From positions 32,001 through 96,000 of the forward strand of contig JBEKYR010000005.1 in the NCBI GenBank assembly GCA_049510745.1: 64,000 nt of DNA, given 5' to 3'. Shown one piece after another: positions 18,851 to 29,487 of this stretch (positions are counted from its first letter, which is position 1; every line of letters begins with the position of its first letter). The stretch comes from Verrucomicrobiota bacterium. GTDB taxonomy: Bacteria > Verrucomicrobiota > Verrucomicrobiia > Limisphaerales > Palsa-1400. The notes under the pieces were generated by a model, which searched no databases, was not told the DNA's origin, and saw only the letters and a list, made by a program, of their open reading frames with translations. Made by a program: the position numbers and the translations under genes.

Positions 18851-19498
18851 TCAGTCCTTGACCGTGAATTTGGAGCGGGAGGCGCGCATGCGCTCGGCCT
18901 CGATGATCGCTTCCATCCGGCGCACGTCCTCGGCGATGGTCGTGCTGATGATCAGATACCTAAAATGCCGCCATTGCGCGATTTCGTGGCGGGCCACCCC
19001 CAGCCGCTTCTCCAGTTGCGCCGGGGGATCGGTGCCGCGCCCGCGCAAGCGCGCCTCCAATTGCGCCACGCTGGCCGGCGTCAGGAAGACCGTGACCAGC
19101 GCGTGCCGCAGCTCGGCGTCGGCCGCCGCGCGCGAGCAGATGGTGGCGGCGCCCTGCACGTCGATGTTGAGCAGCACGTCCTTGCCGCCGCGCAGCAGGT
19201 CGAGCAGCCCGGCTTTGGGCGTGCCGTAGCTGCGGTCATGCACGCGGGCGTGTTCCAGGAACGCTCCCGACTCGACGCGCCTGGAAAATTCCCTGTCGTC
19301 CAGGAAAAAATAGTCCCGTCCGTCGATTTCCCCGGGGCGCGGCGGGCGCGTGGTGCAGGTGATGGCGCGGGTCATCTCCGGGTGCGCGGCCAGCAGGTGC
19401 TGGCAGAGGGTGGTTTTGCCGCCGCCGGAGGGCGCGGAGAGCACGATCAGCAACGGGGTCGCCCCGCCGGCCTGGGGTTGGGGCGGTGGCGCGCTCAT
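18851..19498 (-). CDS. gmk: Guanylate kinase
   Basis: SAPSGGGKTT, TTRPPRPGEIDGRDYFF, YGT, IDVQGA. Confidence 0.96.
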   Translation of the reverse strand: MSAPPPQPQAGGATPLLIVLSAPSGGGKTTLCQHLLAAHPEMTRAITCTTRPPRPGEIDGRDYFFLDDREFSRRVESGAFLEHARVHDRSYGTPKAGLLDLLRGGKDVLLNIDVQGAATICSRAAADAELRHALVTVFLTPASVAQLEARLRGRGTDPPAQLEKRLGVARHEIAQWRHFRYLIISTTIAEDVRRMEAIIEAERMRASRSKFTVKD

Positions 19499-20373
19499 TC
19501 GACGTTCTGGACTTGTTCGCGGAATTTTTCCAACTCGGCCTTGAGCAACACGACTTCGCGCGAAATGACGCTGTCGTTGGCCTTCGAGCCGAGGGTGTTG
19601 ATTTCGCGGTTGATTTCCTGCGCCAGAAAATCCAGCGTCCGCCCGATCGGCTCGCCGGATTTGACGCAGTCGTCAAACTGTTGGAAGTGGCTTTGCAGCC
19701 GGGTCAGCTCCTCGGAGATGTCCGAGCGGTCGGCGAAATAAAAAATCTCCTTGACAAGCCGCTCATCGTCCAGGCCCGGCGCTTCCAGGCCGGCGGCCTT
19801 GATGCGGGTCAATAATTGTTCGCGGTAGCGCTCGGCCACTTTGGGCGCCAGGCCCTGCACGCGCGACACCCCGGCGCGCATCACGGCCATGCGCGCCTTC
19901 AAATCCCTGGCCAGAAAGGCCCCTTCGCGCTCCCGCATCTTCAGCAGGACGTCCAGCGCGGCGTCCAGGGCCTTTTTCGTCGCCGGCCAAAGCGCCTCCG
20001 CCTCGGCGATCTCCTCCTCCGGCTCCAGCACGCCGGGGGCGCGGGCCAGCATGTCGAGTGTGACGGGGTCGGACAGACGGAGGGACTTGGCCAGGGCGCG
20101 AAGTTCTTTGGCGTAGCTCCTGGCCAGCGGCACGTCCAGGCGCATGTGGCCGGCGGCGCCCTTGGCGGCGTGGACGGACAGCCGCACCAACAGCCGTCCG
20201 CGCGCCACCCGCCGGTTAATCTCGTCGCGGATTTGCGCTTCGAGCACTTCGAGATCGCGGGGCAAATTGACGGCGATTTCGGTCTGTTTGCGGTTGACGG
20301 AACTGACCTCCACCGTGACTTTGAAGCCGCGTTGCGAGCACTCGCCGCGTCCGTATCCGGTCATTGATTTCAT
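19495..20373 (-). CDS. yicC: YicC/YloC family endoribonuclease
   Basis: MKSMTGYGRG, SVNRK, DISEELTRL, GRTLDFLAQEINREINTLGSK, REQVQNVE; conserved linkage to gmk. Confidence 0.95.
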   Translation of the reverse strand: MKSMTGYGRGECSQRGFKVTVEVSSVNRKQTEIAVNLPRDLEVLEAQIRDEINRRVARGRLLVRLSVHAAKGAAGHMRLDVPLARSYAKELRALAKSLRLSDPVTLDMLARAPGVLEPEEEIAEAEALWPATKKALDAALDVLLKMREREGAFLARDLKARMAVMRAGVSRVQGLAPKVAERYREQLLTRIKAAGLEAPGLDDERLVKEIFYFADRSDISEELTRLQSHFQQFDDCVKSGEPIGRTLDFLAQEINREINTLGSKANDSVISREVVLLKAELEKFREQVQNVE

Positions 20374-20408
20374 CGTTGGCCTCCGATTTACGCGCAAGGG
20401 GCGCGGAT

Positions 20409-20437
20409 TTGCAATGTCATTCGCGCGTTTGTAGAAT
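20409..20437 (+). promoter_or_regulatory. sigma70-like promoter of the ygfZ-like gene
   Basis: TTGCAA-17 nt-TAGAAT. Confidence 0.6.
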
Positions 20438-20453
20438 GGCCGCCGCTTTTATT

Positions 20454-21536
20454 ATGACGCCGCTTCTCCTGCATGACCTTCACCGGGCCGCCGGGGCCGC
20501 CTTTGTCGAGGTCAACGGCCTCGAGGCGGCCGCCCATTATGGCGATTGGCTGGCCGAATACGAAGCCCTCCGCCAGGCGGCGGCGGTGCTCGACTTGAGC
20601 TTTCGCGGGCGCTTGTGCGTGGTGGGGGCCGACGCCCAAAAATTTCTCAACGGCCAGGTGACCAACAACGTGAAGGACTTGAAGCCGGGCGCCGGCTGCT
20701 ACGCCGCGCTGGTTTCCGCCAAGGGCAGAATGGAAAGCGATCTTAACATTTACCGGCTGGAAAACGAGATGCTGCTCGATTTCGAGCCGGGCCTGTCCGC
20801 CCGCGTGACGCAACGGCTGGAGAAATTCATCATCGCCGAGGACGCGCAAGTGATCGATGTCGCGCCGGACTACGGGCTTTTGAGCGTGCAAGGTCCGAAG
20901 GCGGCGGCGGTGCTCGCCCGTTGGGCGCCGGGCCTGGCCGTGCCGCAAGAGGCGATGGCCGCGGCGAAATTGGCCGGCGCCGTCGCGGGCGAAATATACG
21001 TGACCAACCAGGCAAGGGCCGGCCAGCCGGGTTTCGATCTCTTTGTTCCCGCCGCCGCCATGAAGGAGACGGCCGCGCAATTGCTGGCGCGCGGCGGGCG
21101 TTGGTGCGGTTGGGCGGCGCTGGAGACGGCCCGCGTCGAGGCGGGCCTGCCCCGTTTCGGCGTGGACATGGACGAGACCAACCTGGCGCCGGAAGCGCTG
21201 GACGCGCGCGCCATCAGTTATTCCAAGGGGTGCTACATCGGCCAGGAAGTCATCGCGCGCATCCGCACATACGGCCAGGTGGCCAGGGCGTTGCGCGGCT
21301 TGCGCTTGGGCGGGGAGGCAAAGGAATTGCCGGCCAGAGGCGCGAAACTTTTTGCCGGGGACAAGGAAGTGGGCCATATCACCAGCGCGGTCCGCTCGCC
21401 TCGACTCAACGCGGTGATTGCCCTGGGCTACGTCCGGCGCGAAGCCAGCCATGCGGGCGCGGCCTTATTCGCGCAAACTCCCGGCGGAAGAATCCCGGCG
21501 CAAATCGTGGACCTGCCCTTCAATCCCTTGCCGTGA
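20454..21536 (+). CDS. YgfZ/GcvT-family folate-binding protein
   Basis: KGCYIGQE signature; DAQKFLNGQVTN, RVEAG. Confidence 0.92.
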   Translation: MTPLLLHDLHRAAGAAFVEVNGLEAAAHYGDWLAEYEALRQAAAVLDLSFRGRLCVVGADAQKFLNGQVTNNVKDLKPGAGCYAALVSAKGRMESDLNIYRLENEMLLDFEPGLSARVTQRLEKFIIAEDAQVIDVAPDYGLLSVQGPKAAAVLARWAPGLAVPQEAMAAAKLAGAVAGEIYVTNQARAGQPGFDLFVPAAAMKETAAQLLARGGRWCGWAALETARVEAGLPRFGVDMDETNLAPEALDARAISYSKGCYIGQEVIARIRTYGQVARALRGLRLGGEAKELPARGAKLFAGDKEVGHITSAVRSPRLNAVIALGYVRREASHAGAALFAQTPGGRIPAQIVDLPFNPLP

Positions 21537-21632
21537 GAATTCATTTGAACAGGGCAACAGAGTTCTTTTCTTCAGGTTTCTCTGTGGGCTGAACGCTCAT
21601 GGGAGGACTGTAATGGCGCACAGAATCGCCCA

Positions 21633-22022
21633 TCAATAGGAAATCACCTGTAGCCTGTCAATCCTCTGAAAGTGCTGAATGTTGGCTGTGACAACGGCCA
21701 ATTTATGATGCAAGGCTGTCGCTGCAATCCAGAGGTCGTTATCGCCCATGGTTTGGCCGACGGCGCGCAGTTGCCGCGAGAGTTGACCCGCAAGCCAAGC
21801 GATCTCGCGGTCAACGGACAGGATGCTGTAGCGGCGCAGACAAAGCCAGCAGTCCTGCTCCTGGCCTGCGTTGAATCCCTCCGCAAACTCGCCCGCGCTT
21901 ATGACACTGATATACAGGGGCGCATTTGGGTGTTGGGTTAGAAACGAATGAACGGCGCCAGGCCGGTTGCGTCTGATTTCCCGCTCGTAGTCAATCAGAA
22001 ATGTCGTGTCGAAAAGCATCAA
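21633..22022 (-). CDS. vapC: VapC PIN-domain toxin
   Basis: LFDTTFLID, SAGE, NDLWIAATA, VTANIQHF. Confidence 0.92.
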   Translation of the reverse strand: MMLFDTTFLIDYEREIRRNRPGAVHSFLTQHPNAPLYISVISAGEFAEGFNAGQEQDCWLCLRRYSILSVDREIAWLAGQLSRQLRAVGQTMGDNDLWIAATALHHKLAVVTANIQHFQRIDRLQVISY

Positions 22023-22025
22023 CGC

Positions 22026-22274
22026 TCAACCCCAATGCGACGGGCTGCGGGATGGATTGGATTGCGCTTCGGACAGGCGATCGAGGGCGTCTTCGGTCAG
22101 AAGTGACGAACCGGCGCGCTGTTTGAAATCTACCAGCAGGTCGCGAGCCAGCGAGGGTTTCAAGGGAAATTCAGCGCGGCGAACCACATCCGAGAAAGTC
22201 TCGTGTGGACTTAGTCTGGCCGATTCGAGCTTTTTCACGGCGTCTGATTCCAATTCGATGGTCACGATTGACAT
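22026..22274 (-). CDS. VapB-like antitoxin
   Basis: MSIVTIELESDAVKKL...ETFSDVVRR (ribbon-helix-helix-like), 3 bp upstream of vapC. Confidence 0.82.
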   Translation of the reverse strand: MSIVTIELESDAVKKLESARLSPHETFSDVVRRAEFPLKPSLARDLLVDFKQRAGSSLLTEDALDRLSEAQSNPSRSPSHWG

Positions 22275-22395
22275 GTAGAAAACATGCCTGATTTGCGCCA
22301 GATATTCAAGTCTCGATTCTTGCCCCGCCCTGTTCACTGCCCTTCCAACCTCGAATTGCCTTGTCAACGTTGCGCCGGCTCCCCAGAATTTCACG

Positions 22396-23523
22396 ATGAA
22401 AGTTGAATTCTACGGACATGTTCGGCAATACAACAACATCAAGGCCGAAATCGACGCCAATCTCCAGCAAGTCATCCAAAGCGGCCAGTTTGTTCTCGGC
22501 CCCATGCTCAAGCGGTTTGAAGGCGAGTTTGCCGCCTACTGCGGCGCCAAACACGCCATCGGGGTCGGCAACGGCACCGACGCCATTTGGCTGGCGCTGA
22601 TGGCCCTGGGCATCGGTCCGGGCGACGAATGCATCACTCACCCCAACACCTTCTTCGCCACCGCCGAAGCCATCTGGATCGCCGGGGCGGGGGCCGTGCT
22701 GGTCGATTGCGACCCCAAAACCAAGTGCATTGATCCGGCGAAAATCCGGGCGGCCATCTCGCCCAGGACCAAGGCCATCATCCCCGTGCATCTTTACGGC
22801 CAATGCGCCGACATGACGGCAATCCGCAAAATCGCCGACCAACACAAACTGTTCGTCATCGAGGACAACGCCCAGGCCATCGGCGCGCGGGGCGACGGCT
22901 TCACGATCGGCGAGTTGAGCGACGCCACCGCCACCAGTTTCATCATTCAAAAGAACCTCGGCACCTTCGGCGACGGCGGCGCGCTGGTGACGAACAACTC
23001 CGACATCGACGCGCGCGTGCGCCAACTGCGCAACCACGGTTCCAACGCCCGCAACGTTCACAGTTTCGGATTCAACAGCCGGCTGGACGACCTCCACGCC
23101 GCCATCCTGAGCGCGAAGCTCAAACACATTGACCCATGGAACGACCGGCGCCGGCAGAACGCGGCGCGCTACACCGCCGGATTGAAAGGGGCCAGACATT
23201 TCACGCTGCCTTACGAGGTTCCCGGCGCCCGGCACGTTTTTCATCTTTACGTCATCGAAACCAGGAACCCGTCCAAACGGGACGGCTTCCTGAAATTCCT
23301 GAATGACTCCGGGGTGGACGCCAAGACCCACTATTCCATCGCCATTCACCAGCAGGCCGGCTTTCCGTGGGGCAAGGCGGCGCGCACGGTTGGCTCGCTG
23401 GCCAACGCGGAGGCCAACGCCGCCGCCTGCATTTCGCTGCCCATGTTCCCGGAATTGACGGAGAACGAGGTCGATTACGTCATCGCCAAGGCGCTGCAAT
23501 GGGACCAGGCGCAGACCTCTTGA
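22396..23523 (+). CDS. DegT/DnrJ/EryC1/StrS PLP-dependent sugar aminotransferase
   Basis: GNGTDA, GPGDE, PVHLYGQ, IEDNAQA, SF..KNLG..GDGG, NSRLD, ISLPM. Confidence 0.94.
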   Translation: MKVEFYGHVRQYNNIKAEIDANLQQVIQSGQFVLGPMLKRFEGEFAAYCGAKHAIGVGNGTDAIWLALMALGIGPGDECITHPNTFFATAEAIWIAGAGAVLVDCDPKTKCIDPAKIRAAISPRTKAIIPVHLYGQCADMTAIRKIADQHKLFVIEDNAQAIGARGDGFTIGELSDATATSFIIQKNLGTFGDGGALVTNNSDIDARVRQLRNHGSNARNVHSFGFNSRLDDLHAAILSAKLKHIDPWNDRRRQNAARYTAGLKGARHFTLPYEVPGARHVFHLYVIETRNPSKRDGFLKFLNDSGVDAKTHYSIAIHQQAGFPWGKAARTVGSLANAEANAAACISLPMFPELTENEVDYVIAKALQWDQAQTS

Positions 23524-23529
23524 TTTGCC

Positions 23530-24597
23530 ATGAACCGCTACAAAGTCATCGTCGTCGGCATGGGCAAACGCGGGCTGCATCACGCCACCGCCTTTCACGC
23601 CAACAGCCGCTTCCAGGTGGCCGGGATTTGCGACATCGACAAAGCCCGCCTGGACGCCGCCGCGCCGAAATTGGGGCAGCCGGAAATCAGCACGGACGCG
23701 CGCGCCCTGGCCCGCAGCGTCAAGCCGGACATTTTTTGCTTTTGCACGCTGCCCCATCTGCGCTCGGACCTGATCCGGGCCGGCATTGAATCCGGCGCGA
23801 AACTGATCGCCTTCGAGAAACCGGTCGCGCTGACCAGCGCGGAGGGATTCAAGATCAAGCAGATGCTCGAGGCCGCGAAAGTTAAAGCGGTCGTGAGCCA
23901 TCAGCATCGTTATGGGGAACATTACCGGAAGGTGCATGACCTCATCACCAGCGGCGCGCTGGGGCGGCTGAACACGGTTTATGGGACGGCCACCGGCTGG
24001 ATGATGCACATGCTGAGCCATCTGGTTGATTACGCGCTCTGGTATAATCCCGGCGGCCAGGCGCAATGGGTCATGGCGCAAGCCGGCGGGCGGGGCAAGC
24101 TGGCCGATTCCCATCCGTCGCCCGATTACATCGCCGGATTTATTCATTTTTCCAACGGGGTGCATGGGATCATTGAGTGCGGGGCGGGCGCGCCCGACGT
24201 GCCCGAAGTTCCTTATTGGTGGCGCAAGTGCCGCATCGGCGCGCAAGGCGCCGAAGGGTTTGCCGAGGTCATGACCGGCGGCGGCTGGCGGGCGGTGACC
24301 AAAGGCGGCGCTTTCAGCGGGGCAGGGTCGATGAACTACGACCTGGACATGCCGCCCTACGTCCAGGAAATGGCCGATTGGCTGGATGACGACAAGAAAA
24401 TCCATGCCTGCAATTTTGGGACGGCCTGGCAGGGGTTTGAAATCATGATGGCGCTGTGCCGCTCGGCCATCGAGGGCGGACAAATTGCGTTGCCGCTGAC
24501 TTCCGGCATGGATGAAATCGCGGCCTTCAAAGAGAAGTTGCCGCAGCGCAAAGTCCTCTTTTCCATGCCCGAAAACGCCAAGGAATATCCGGGCTAA
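23530..24597 (+). CDS. Gfo/Idh/MocA family NAD(P)-dependent oxidoreductase
   Basis: VVGMGKRG Rossmann motif, EKP, SHLVD. Confidence 0.88.
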   Translation: MNRYKVIVVGMGKRGLHHATAFHANSRFQVAGICDIDKARLDAAAPKLGQPEISTDARALARSVKPDIFCFCTLPHLRSDLIRAGIESGAKLIAFEKPVALTSAEGFKIKQMLEAAKVKAVVSHQHRYGEHYRKVHDLITSGALGRLNTVYGTATGWMMHMLSHLVDYALWYNPGGQAQWVMAQAGGRGKLADSHPSPDYIAGFIHFSNGVHGIIECGAGAPDVPEVPYWWRKCRIGAQGAEGFAEVMTGGGWRAVTKGGAFSGAGSMNYDLDMPPYVQEMADWLDDDKKIHACNFGTAWQGFEIMMALCRSAIEGGQIALPLTSGMDEIAAFKEKLPQRKVLFSMPENAKEYPG

Positions 24598-24614
24598 ACC
24601 CGGCGCCCGCCACC

Positions 24615-25400
24615 GTGGAAGCGATCATCCGTCCCAATCACGAGAGCGCGGCGCTTTTGGTCGCGCGCCTCATCGCCAAGGAATTGAGAGCGCAGCCCTC
24701 GCTGGTGCTGGGCCTGGCGACGGGCCGCACCATGGAATCGGTTTACGACGTGCTGGCGCGGATGCGCCGCGAGGAGCGCTTGGATTTTTCCCTTTGCCGG
24801 ACCTTCAATCTGGATGAATACGTCGGCCTGGCCCCCGCGGACCCGCACTCCTACCGCTATTACATGAACGAGCACCTCTTCCGCCGCGTCAACATCGACC
24901 CGCGCAACACCCATCTGCCCAACGGCCTGGCGGCGGACCTGGACGCCGAATGCCATCAATACGAAGAAGAGATCAGGCGCTGCGACGGGATCGACCTGCA
25001 ATTGCTGGGCATCGGCAAGGACGGGCACATCGGTTTCAACGAGCCGTTGTCCGCCTTGCGCTCGCGGACGCGGGTCAAGGCGCTGACTCCCGCCACCGTC
25101 GAGCAAAACGCCGGGTTTTTTGGCGGCGCCGCCAACGTGCCGCGGCGGGCGATCACGATGGGCGTGGGAACGATCCTGGAATGCCGGCGCTGCCTGCTTC
25201 TGGCCACCGGCGAAAGCAAGGCCGGCGTCATCGCCCAGGCAGTGGAAGGCCCGATCACCTCGATGATTTCCGCCACGGCCCTGCAACTGCACGCCCGCTG
25301 CACGGTGGTCGTGGACGAAGCGGCGGCAGGCAAATTGCAGGCGGCCGATTATTACCGCTGGATTTTCGCCAACGAACCCGAATGGGAGGAATTCCGGTAA
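24615..25400 (+). CDS. nagB: Glucosamine-6-phosphate deaminase
   Basis: GLATGRT, FNLDEYVGL, LGIGKDGHIGFNEP, AITMG. Confidence 0.94.
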   Translation: MEAIIRPNHESAALLVARLIAKELRAQPSLVLGLATGRTMESVYDVLARMRREERLDFSLCRTFNLDEYVGLAPADPHSYRYYMNEHLFRRVNIDPRNTHLPNGLAADLDAECHQYEEEIRRCDGIDLQLLGIGKDGHIGFNEPLSALRSRTRVKALTPATVEQNAGFFGGAANVPRRAITMGVGTILECRRCLLLATGESKAGVIAQAVEGPITSMISATALQLHARCTVVVDEAAAGKLQAADYYRWIFANEPEWEEFR

Positions 25401-25554
25401 ATTCCGCCTCGCGGCCCGCTTGAAAATCGGATCAGAAACCCGCGCCAACCCGGTTTTTCGGATTAGAATGGCAGACGCGCGCGTTAAATATAATCATTGA
25501 AGCTAATTTTAATTTGACCGGCAGGGGATGGACTGGGTAAAGATTTGAGGAGAA

Positions 25555-26970
25555 ATGAAATCCATTGCTGTTCCGCGACGGGTGGCCGCCGCTCTGGTCT
25601 GCTGGCTCCTGCCCGTATTTCTCAACCCGGTTTATGCGCAAGGCGCCGGAACGATCGAGGAGCGCGTCGCCCGATTGGAGGCAGCCAGCCGCCAGGCTCC
25701 GGTCATCAACGCGGGCGATAACGCCTGGGTGCTGGCCAGCGCCGCGCTGGTGCTGATGATGACGGCGCCGGGTTTGATTCTCTTCTACGGCGGGTTGGTG
25801 CGGCGCAAGAACGTCCTGGGCACGATGATGCAAAGCCTCATCTTGATGGCGCTGGTTTCGGCGTTGTGGATGGTGTACGGCTACAGCATGGCCTTCGGGG
25901 AAGGGAACCCGTTTTTCGGAAATCCCTTTCAGTATTTCATGCTCAAAGGCGTGGGGGCCGCGCCAAATCCGGCCTATGCGCCGACGGTCCCGCAAGAGAG
26001 CTTCATGCTCTTTCAAATGATGTTCGCCATCATCACGCCGGCGCTCATCAGCGGCGCGATTGCCGAGCGGATGAAGTTCAAGGCTTACGTCCTGTTCATG
26101 ACGCTGTGGGTGACGTTCATTTATTTCCCGTTGTGCCACATGGTTTGGGGCCAGGGCGGTTTGTTTAATTGGAGCCTGGGCGGCCGGTATCCCGTGCTCG
26201 ATTTCGCCGGCGGCACGGTGGTGCATGTCAGCTCGGGCGTCTCGGCGCTGGTCTGCGCGCTGGTGCTCGGAAAGCGGATCGGTTTCCCGGCCGAGCCGAT
26301 GCCCCCGCACAACGTCGTCTTGAGCCTGATCGGCACGGGCCTTTTGTGGGTGGGCTGGTTTGGGTTCAACGCCGGCAGCGCGGTCAACGCCGGCGCTCTG
26401 GCCAGCAGCGCGTTTGCGGCGACGCATTTCTCGGCGGCCGCGGCCGCGCTGGGATGGGGCGTGACCGAATGGCGCCTCAAGGGCAGGCCCAGCGTTCTGG
26501 GGGTCGCCTCCGGGATGGTCGCGGGCCTGGCCACGATCACGCCCGCCTCCGGTTTTGTGACGATCCCGGCGGCGTTCTTAATCGGGTTGACAGGCGGGGT
26601 GTTTTGCTACATGGCGGTCAGCAAGCTCAAACACGCGTTGCGCTACGACGACTCGCTCGATGTCTTCGGCGTGCATGCGGTTGGCAGTGCGACGGGCCTG
26701 CTGATGACGGGGATATTCGCCAGCGCGGACGTCAACGCGGCCATCGGGAACACCTTCACCGCCGGCGGCAAGGTGATCTCGCTGGCCGGAAGCCCGGCGC
26801 AATTGGGCAATCAATTCCGCGGGCTGATCTTCACGGTGGTTCTCGCCGCCGCGGGAACGTATGTGATCCTCAAGGTGGTCGGCGCGCTGGCCGGCCTGCG
26901 TGTGACGCCGGAGGAGGAGGATTCGGGACTGGACCTGACGCAGCACGGCGAGAGCGCGTACAACGATTAA
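25555..26970 (+). CDS. amtB: Ammonium transporter
   Basis: PGLILFYGG, FQMMFA, DFAGGTVVH, WFGFNAGS, DDSLDVFGVH, GLDLTQHGESAY. Confidence 0.97.
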   Translation: MKSIAVPRRVAAALVCWLLPVFLNPVYAQGAGTIEERVARLEAASRQAPVINAGDNAWVLASAALVLMMTAPGLILFYGGLVRRKNVLGTMMQSLILMALVSALWMVYGYSMAFGEGNPFFGNPFQYFMLKGVGAAPNPAYAPTVPQESFMLFQMMFAIITPALISGAIAERMKFKAYVLFMTLWVTFIYFPLCHMVWGQGGLFNWSLGGRYPVLDFAGGTVVHVSSGVSALVCALVLGKRIGFPAEPMPPHNVVLSLIGTGLLWVGWFGFNAGSAVNAGALASSAFAATHFSAAAAALGWGVTEWRLKGRPSVLGVASGMVAGLATITPASGFVTIPAAFLIGLTGGVFCYMAVSKLKHALRYDDSLDVFGVHAVGSATGLLMTGIFASADVNAAIGNTFTAGGKVISLAGSPAQLGNQFRGLIFTVVLAAAGTYVILKVVGALAGLRVTPEEEDSGLDLTQHGESAYND

Positions 26971-27321
<351 letters not shown>

Positions 27322-27339
27322 GAGCGGGGCGAAAGAGGG

Positions 27340-27369
27340 TGGGGTGGCCAACGGGCCTCGAACCCGCAA
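27340..27369 (-). repeat. Duplicate of the tRNA-His 3' end (att site)
   Basis: TGGGGTGGCCAACGGGCCTCGAACCCGCAA matches 42949-42978 at 29 of 30 positions. Confidence 0.93.
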
Positions 27370-27416
27370 TACGCAACCCAGCCTCGGCACTCTTCATTGT
27401 GCCGGCACTTCGGAAA

Positions 27417-27686
27417 TCATCCGGCGGCCTGGGTTTTTTGTTCGATTGCCGCGGCGATGGTGTTGACATTCCGCAGGATTACTTTGGCCGCCTCCGCATC
27501 AGAAATCTTCAGCCCGTAATTCTTGTCCAGGGCCACGACCAGTTGCAGCGCGTCCACCGAATCCAGCCCGAGTCCGCCCGGGCCGAACATCGAAATGTCG
27601 TCGGCGATCTCTTCGGCGGTGGTTTGAAGCATGAGGTTTTCAACCAGCAAGCGTTTGATGTGCAGTTTTAGTTCCGGGTTGTTCAT
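27417..27686 (-). CDS. Acyl carrier protein
   Basis: 89 aa, acidic; LGLDSVDAL phosphopantetheine-attachment serine. Confidence 0.95.
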   Translation of the reverse strand: MNNPELKLHIKRLLVENLMLQTTAEEIADDISMFGPGGLGLDSVDALQLVVALDKNYGLKISDAEAAKVILRNVNTIAAAIEQKTQAAG

Positions 27687-28414
27687 TAGAATATGCCGCC
27701 GTCAATTTTGAGTGTGGAGCCTGTGATGTAGCCAGCTTCGCCGCAAGCCAAAAAACGGACGGCGGCCGCCACTTCGCCTGGTTGGCCGAACCGTCTCATG
27801 GGAATCCTCTCGATGGCCCGTTTACGTTCCATCTCGTCCATCGCCAGCGTGGCGGTATCCACGTAACCCGGGCAGACGGCGTTAACCGTGATGCCAATTC
27901 GGGCAACTTCCTTGGCCAGTGATCGGGTCAGCGCCAGCACTCCAGCCTTGGCGGCAGCGTAGTTTGCCTGGCCGGCGGGCGCCAGCAACGCGCTGAGCGA
28001 GGCGATATTGATGATGCGGCCATGGCGCTGGCCAATCATCGTGGGAAGAACGGCCTGACAGCCGTGAAAGACTCCCTCCAAATTAAGGGCGAGAATTTTT
28101 TGCCACGAGTCCAAAGACATGGTGGCCAGCAAGGCATCCTGGTGATCGCCGGCATTGTTGACCAGCACATCCAGTCGCTGATGGCGGGCGAGAATCTCTG
28201 CCACGGCCGCCTTCCATGAGTCAGGCCGGGTGACATCCAACGCAATCGTGCGGCAGCGATCCGGACTTTCCCCGGCAAGTTTTTCGGCCTGATCAAGGCG
28301 CGCGTGAATGCCCAGCCAGATTTGATTTTCCGGGGATTCCTGGAGGAACGACCGTGCAATGGCTTGCCCAATGCCGCCATTGGCGCCGGTGACTAAAATG
28401 ACGCGCGGATTCAT
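27686..28414 (-). CDS. 3-oxoacyl-ACP reductase (FabG-like SDR)
   Basis: TGANGGIG, NNAG, YAAAK, VNAVCPG, IDGG. Confidence 0.93.
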   Translation of the reverse strand: MNPRVILVTGANGGIGQAIARSFLQESPENQIWLGIHARLDQAEKLAGESPDRCRTIALDVTRPDSWKAAVAEILARHQRLDVLVNNAGDHQDALLATMSLDSWQKILALNLEGVFHGCQAVLPTMIGQRHGRIINIASLSALLAPAGQANYAAAKAGVLALTRSLAKEVARIGITVNAVCPGYVDTATLAMDEMERKRAIERIPMRRFGQPGEVAAAVRFLACGEAGYITGSTLKIDGGIF

Positions 28415-29487
28415 AAGGCAAGGCTGCCTGTTTTCGCCGGCAACGACAAATCGGAAATCGTTTGGGCAACACTCTGGAATCGAATACCGATTGCCTGTTG
28501 GTTTGCGCCCACCAAGCTGACATTGGCGGCCCTGAATTTTCCGCGGGCGATCAAATCGCAAGCGGCCACGCATTGCCAGGCCGCCGCAGCCATCAAGCCT
28601 TCGCCCAATACCAATTTTGGACTGATGCGCGGTCCTCTCCAATCAGCCCAGGCGTTGGCTTCAGCCGCATCGGCACGCGGACTCTCATTGAGGCCGTCAC
28701 ACAAGATTTCAGCCTGGTTTTCAGGCGGCATCTGCGCCCGCATTTTTATTGCGGCCAGCTTGCGGTTCACAAGCGCGGTGTAAGGATGCGCGTCGGTGAT
28801 CAATTCAAGCTCAACCCCCGGCGACCATTCTGGATTCAGACTCAAGCAGAGCGCTCCCGCGCCGCCGCTGATGACGGCGCGGTGATCAAAATGCCAGAGG
28901 GCGTCGGCCAGCAGCCAGTTGATTTCCTCCGCGCCCAGGACGAGGCAGGCATCCACCCGCCCCTCCAGCAACCAGTCAATCCCCAAGGCCAGTCCTTGCG
29001 AATAGGAGGAAGGGTCTCCGGCCAGCGTGCAAACCAACGGTGTCTTTTCCAACAGGGCTGCCACATGGCTTGCCGGCGCGGCAAAAACCGTCTCGGGAAA
29101 CAAGAGGGGACTGGCGGTGGCCGCGTCCTGCAGCGCCTCCTGGAAAAAACGGAAGGAAAATTGCACGCAGCCGGACTGCAGGCAGACAATAATTCCGATT
29201 CGGCAATGAACCTCATTGCCCTGCTGAACTGACTTTACGGCCTCCAGCGCCGCCGCGGCCGCGTAATGGGTGATGGGACTGGTGCGCCGCAAACGGGGAT
29301 GGGCCAGAAATGAAGGCCGGACTGCGGGATTGGGAACGGGTCGCATTCGCAATGGCTTTTGCCATCCGGGACGCGTCAGCGGCTGGGTCGGCAGAGGCTC
29401 GTTTTTTGCCAAGGCATCGCGCAGAGCTTCCACAGTCCAACCTGCCGGGCTGACGCTGCCCAAGCCGCATACGAATACCCGGTTCAT
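28411..29487 (-). CDS. Ketosynthase-like chain-length factor (non-catalytic)
   Basis: KS N-terminal fold (GLGSVSPAG, SPLLFPETV, LGAEE) lacking the catalytic Cys (LAGDPSS) and the HGTGT motif. Confidence 0.8.
   Translation of the reverse strand: MNRVFVCGLGSVSPAGWTVEALRDALAKNEPLPTQPLTRPGWQKPLRMRPVPNPAVRPSFLAHPRLRRTSPITHYAAAAALEAVKSVQQGNEVHCRIGIIVCLQSGCVQFSFRFFQEALQDAATASPLLFPETVFAAPASHVAALLEKTPLVCTLAGDPSSYSQGLALGIDWLLEGRVDACLVLGAEEINWLLADALWHFDHRAVISGGAGALCLSLNPEWSPGVELELITDAHPYTALVNRKLAAIKMRAQMPPENQAEILCDGLNESPRADAAEANAWADWRGPRISPKLVLGEGLMAAAAWQCVAACDLIARGKFRAANVSLVGANQQAIGIRFQSVAQTISDLSLPAKTGSLAL

Noticed and set aside
25468..25490. sigma54 promoter upstream of amtB (TGGCAG...GC)
   Set aside because: GG-to-GC spacing does not fit the -24/-12 rule and the TTGC box is absent
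27340..27416. Second complete tRNA
   Set aside because: Only the T-arm and acceptor 3' part are present, with no D or anticodon arm; treated as an att site
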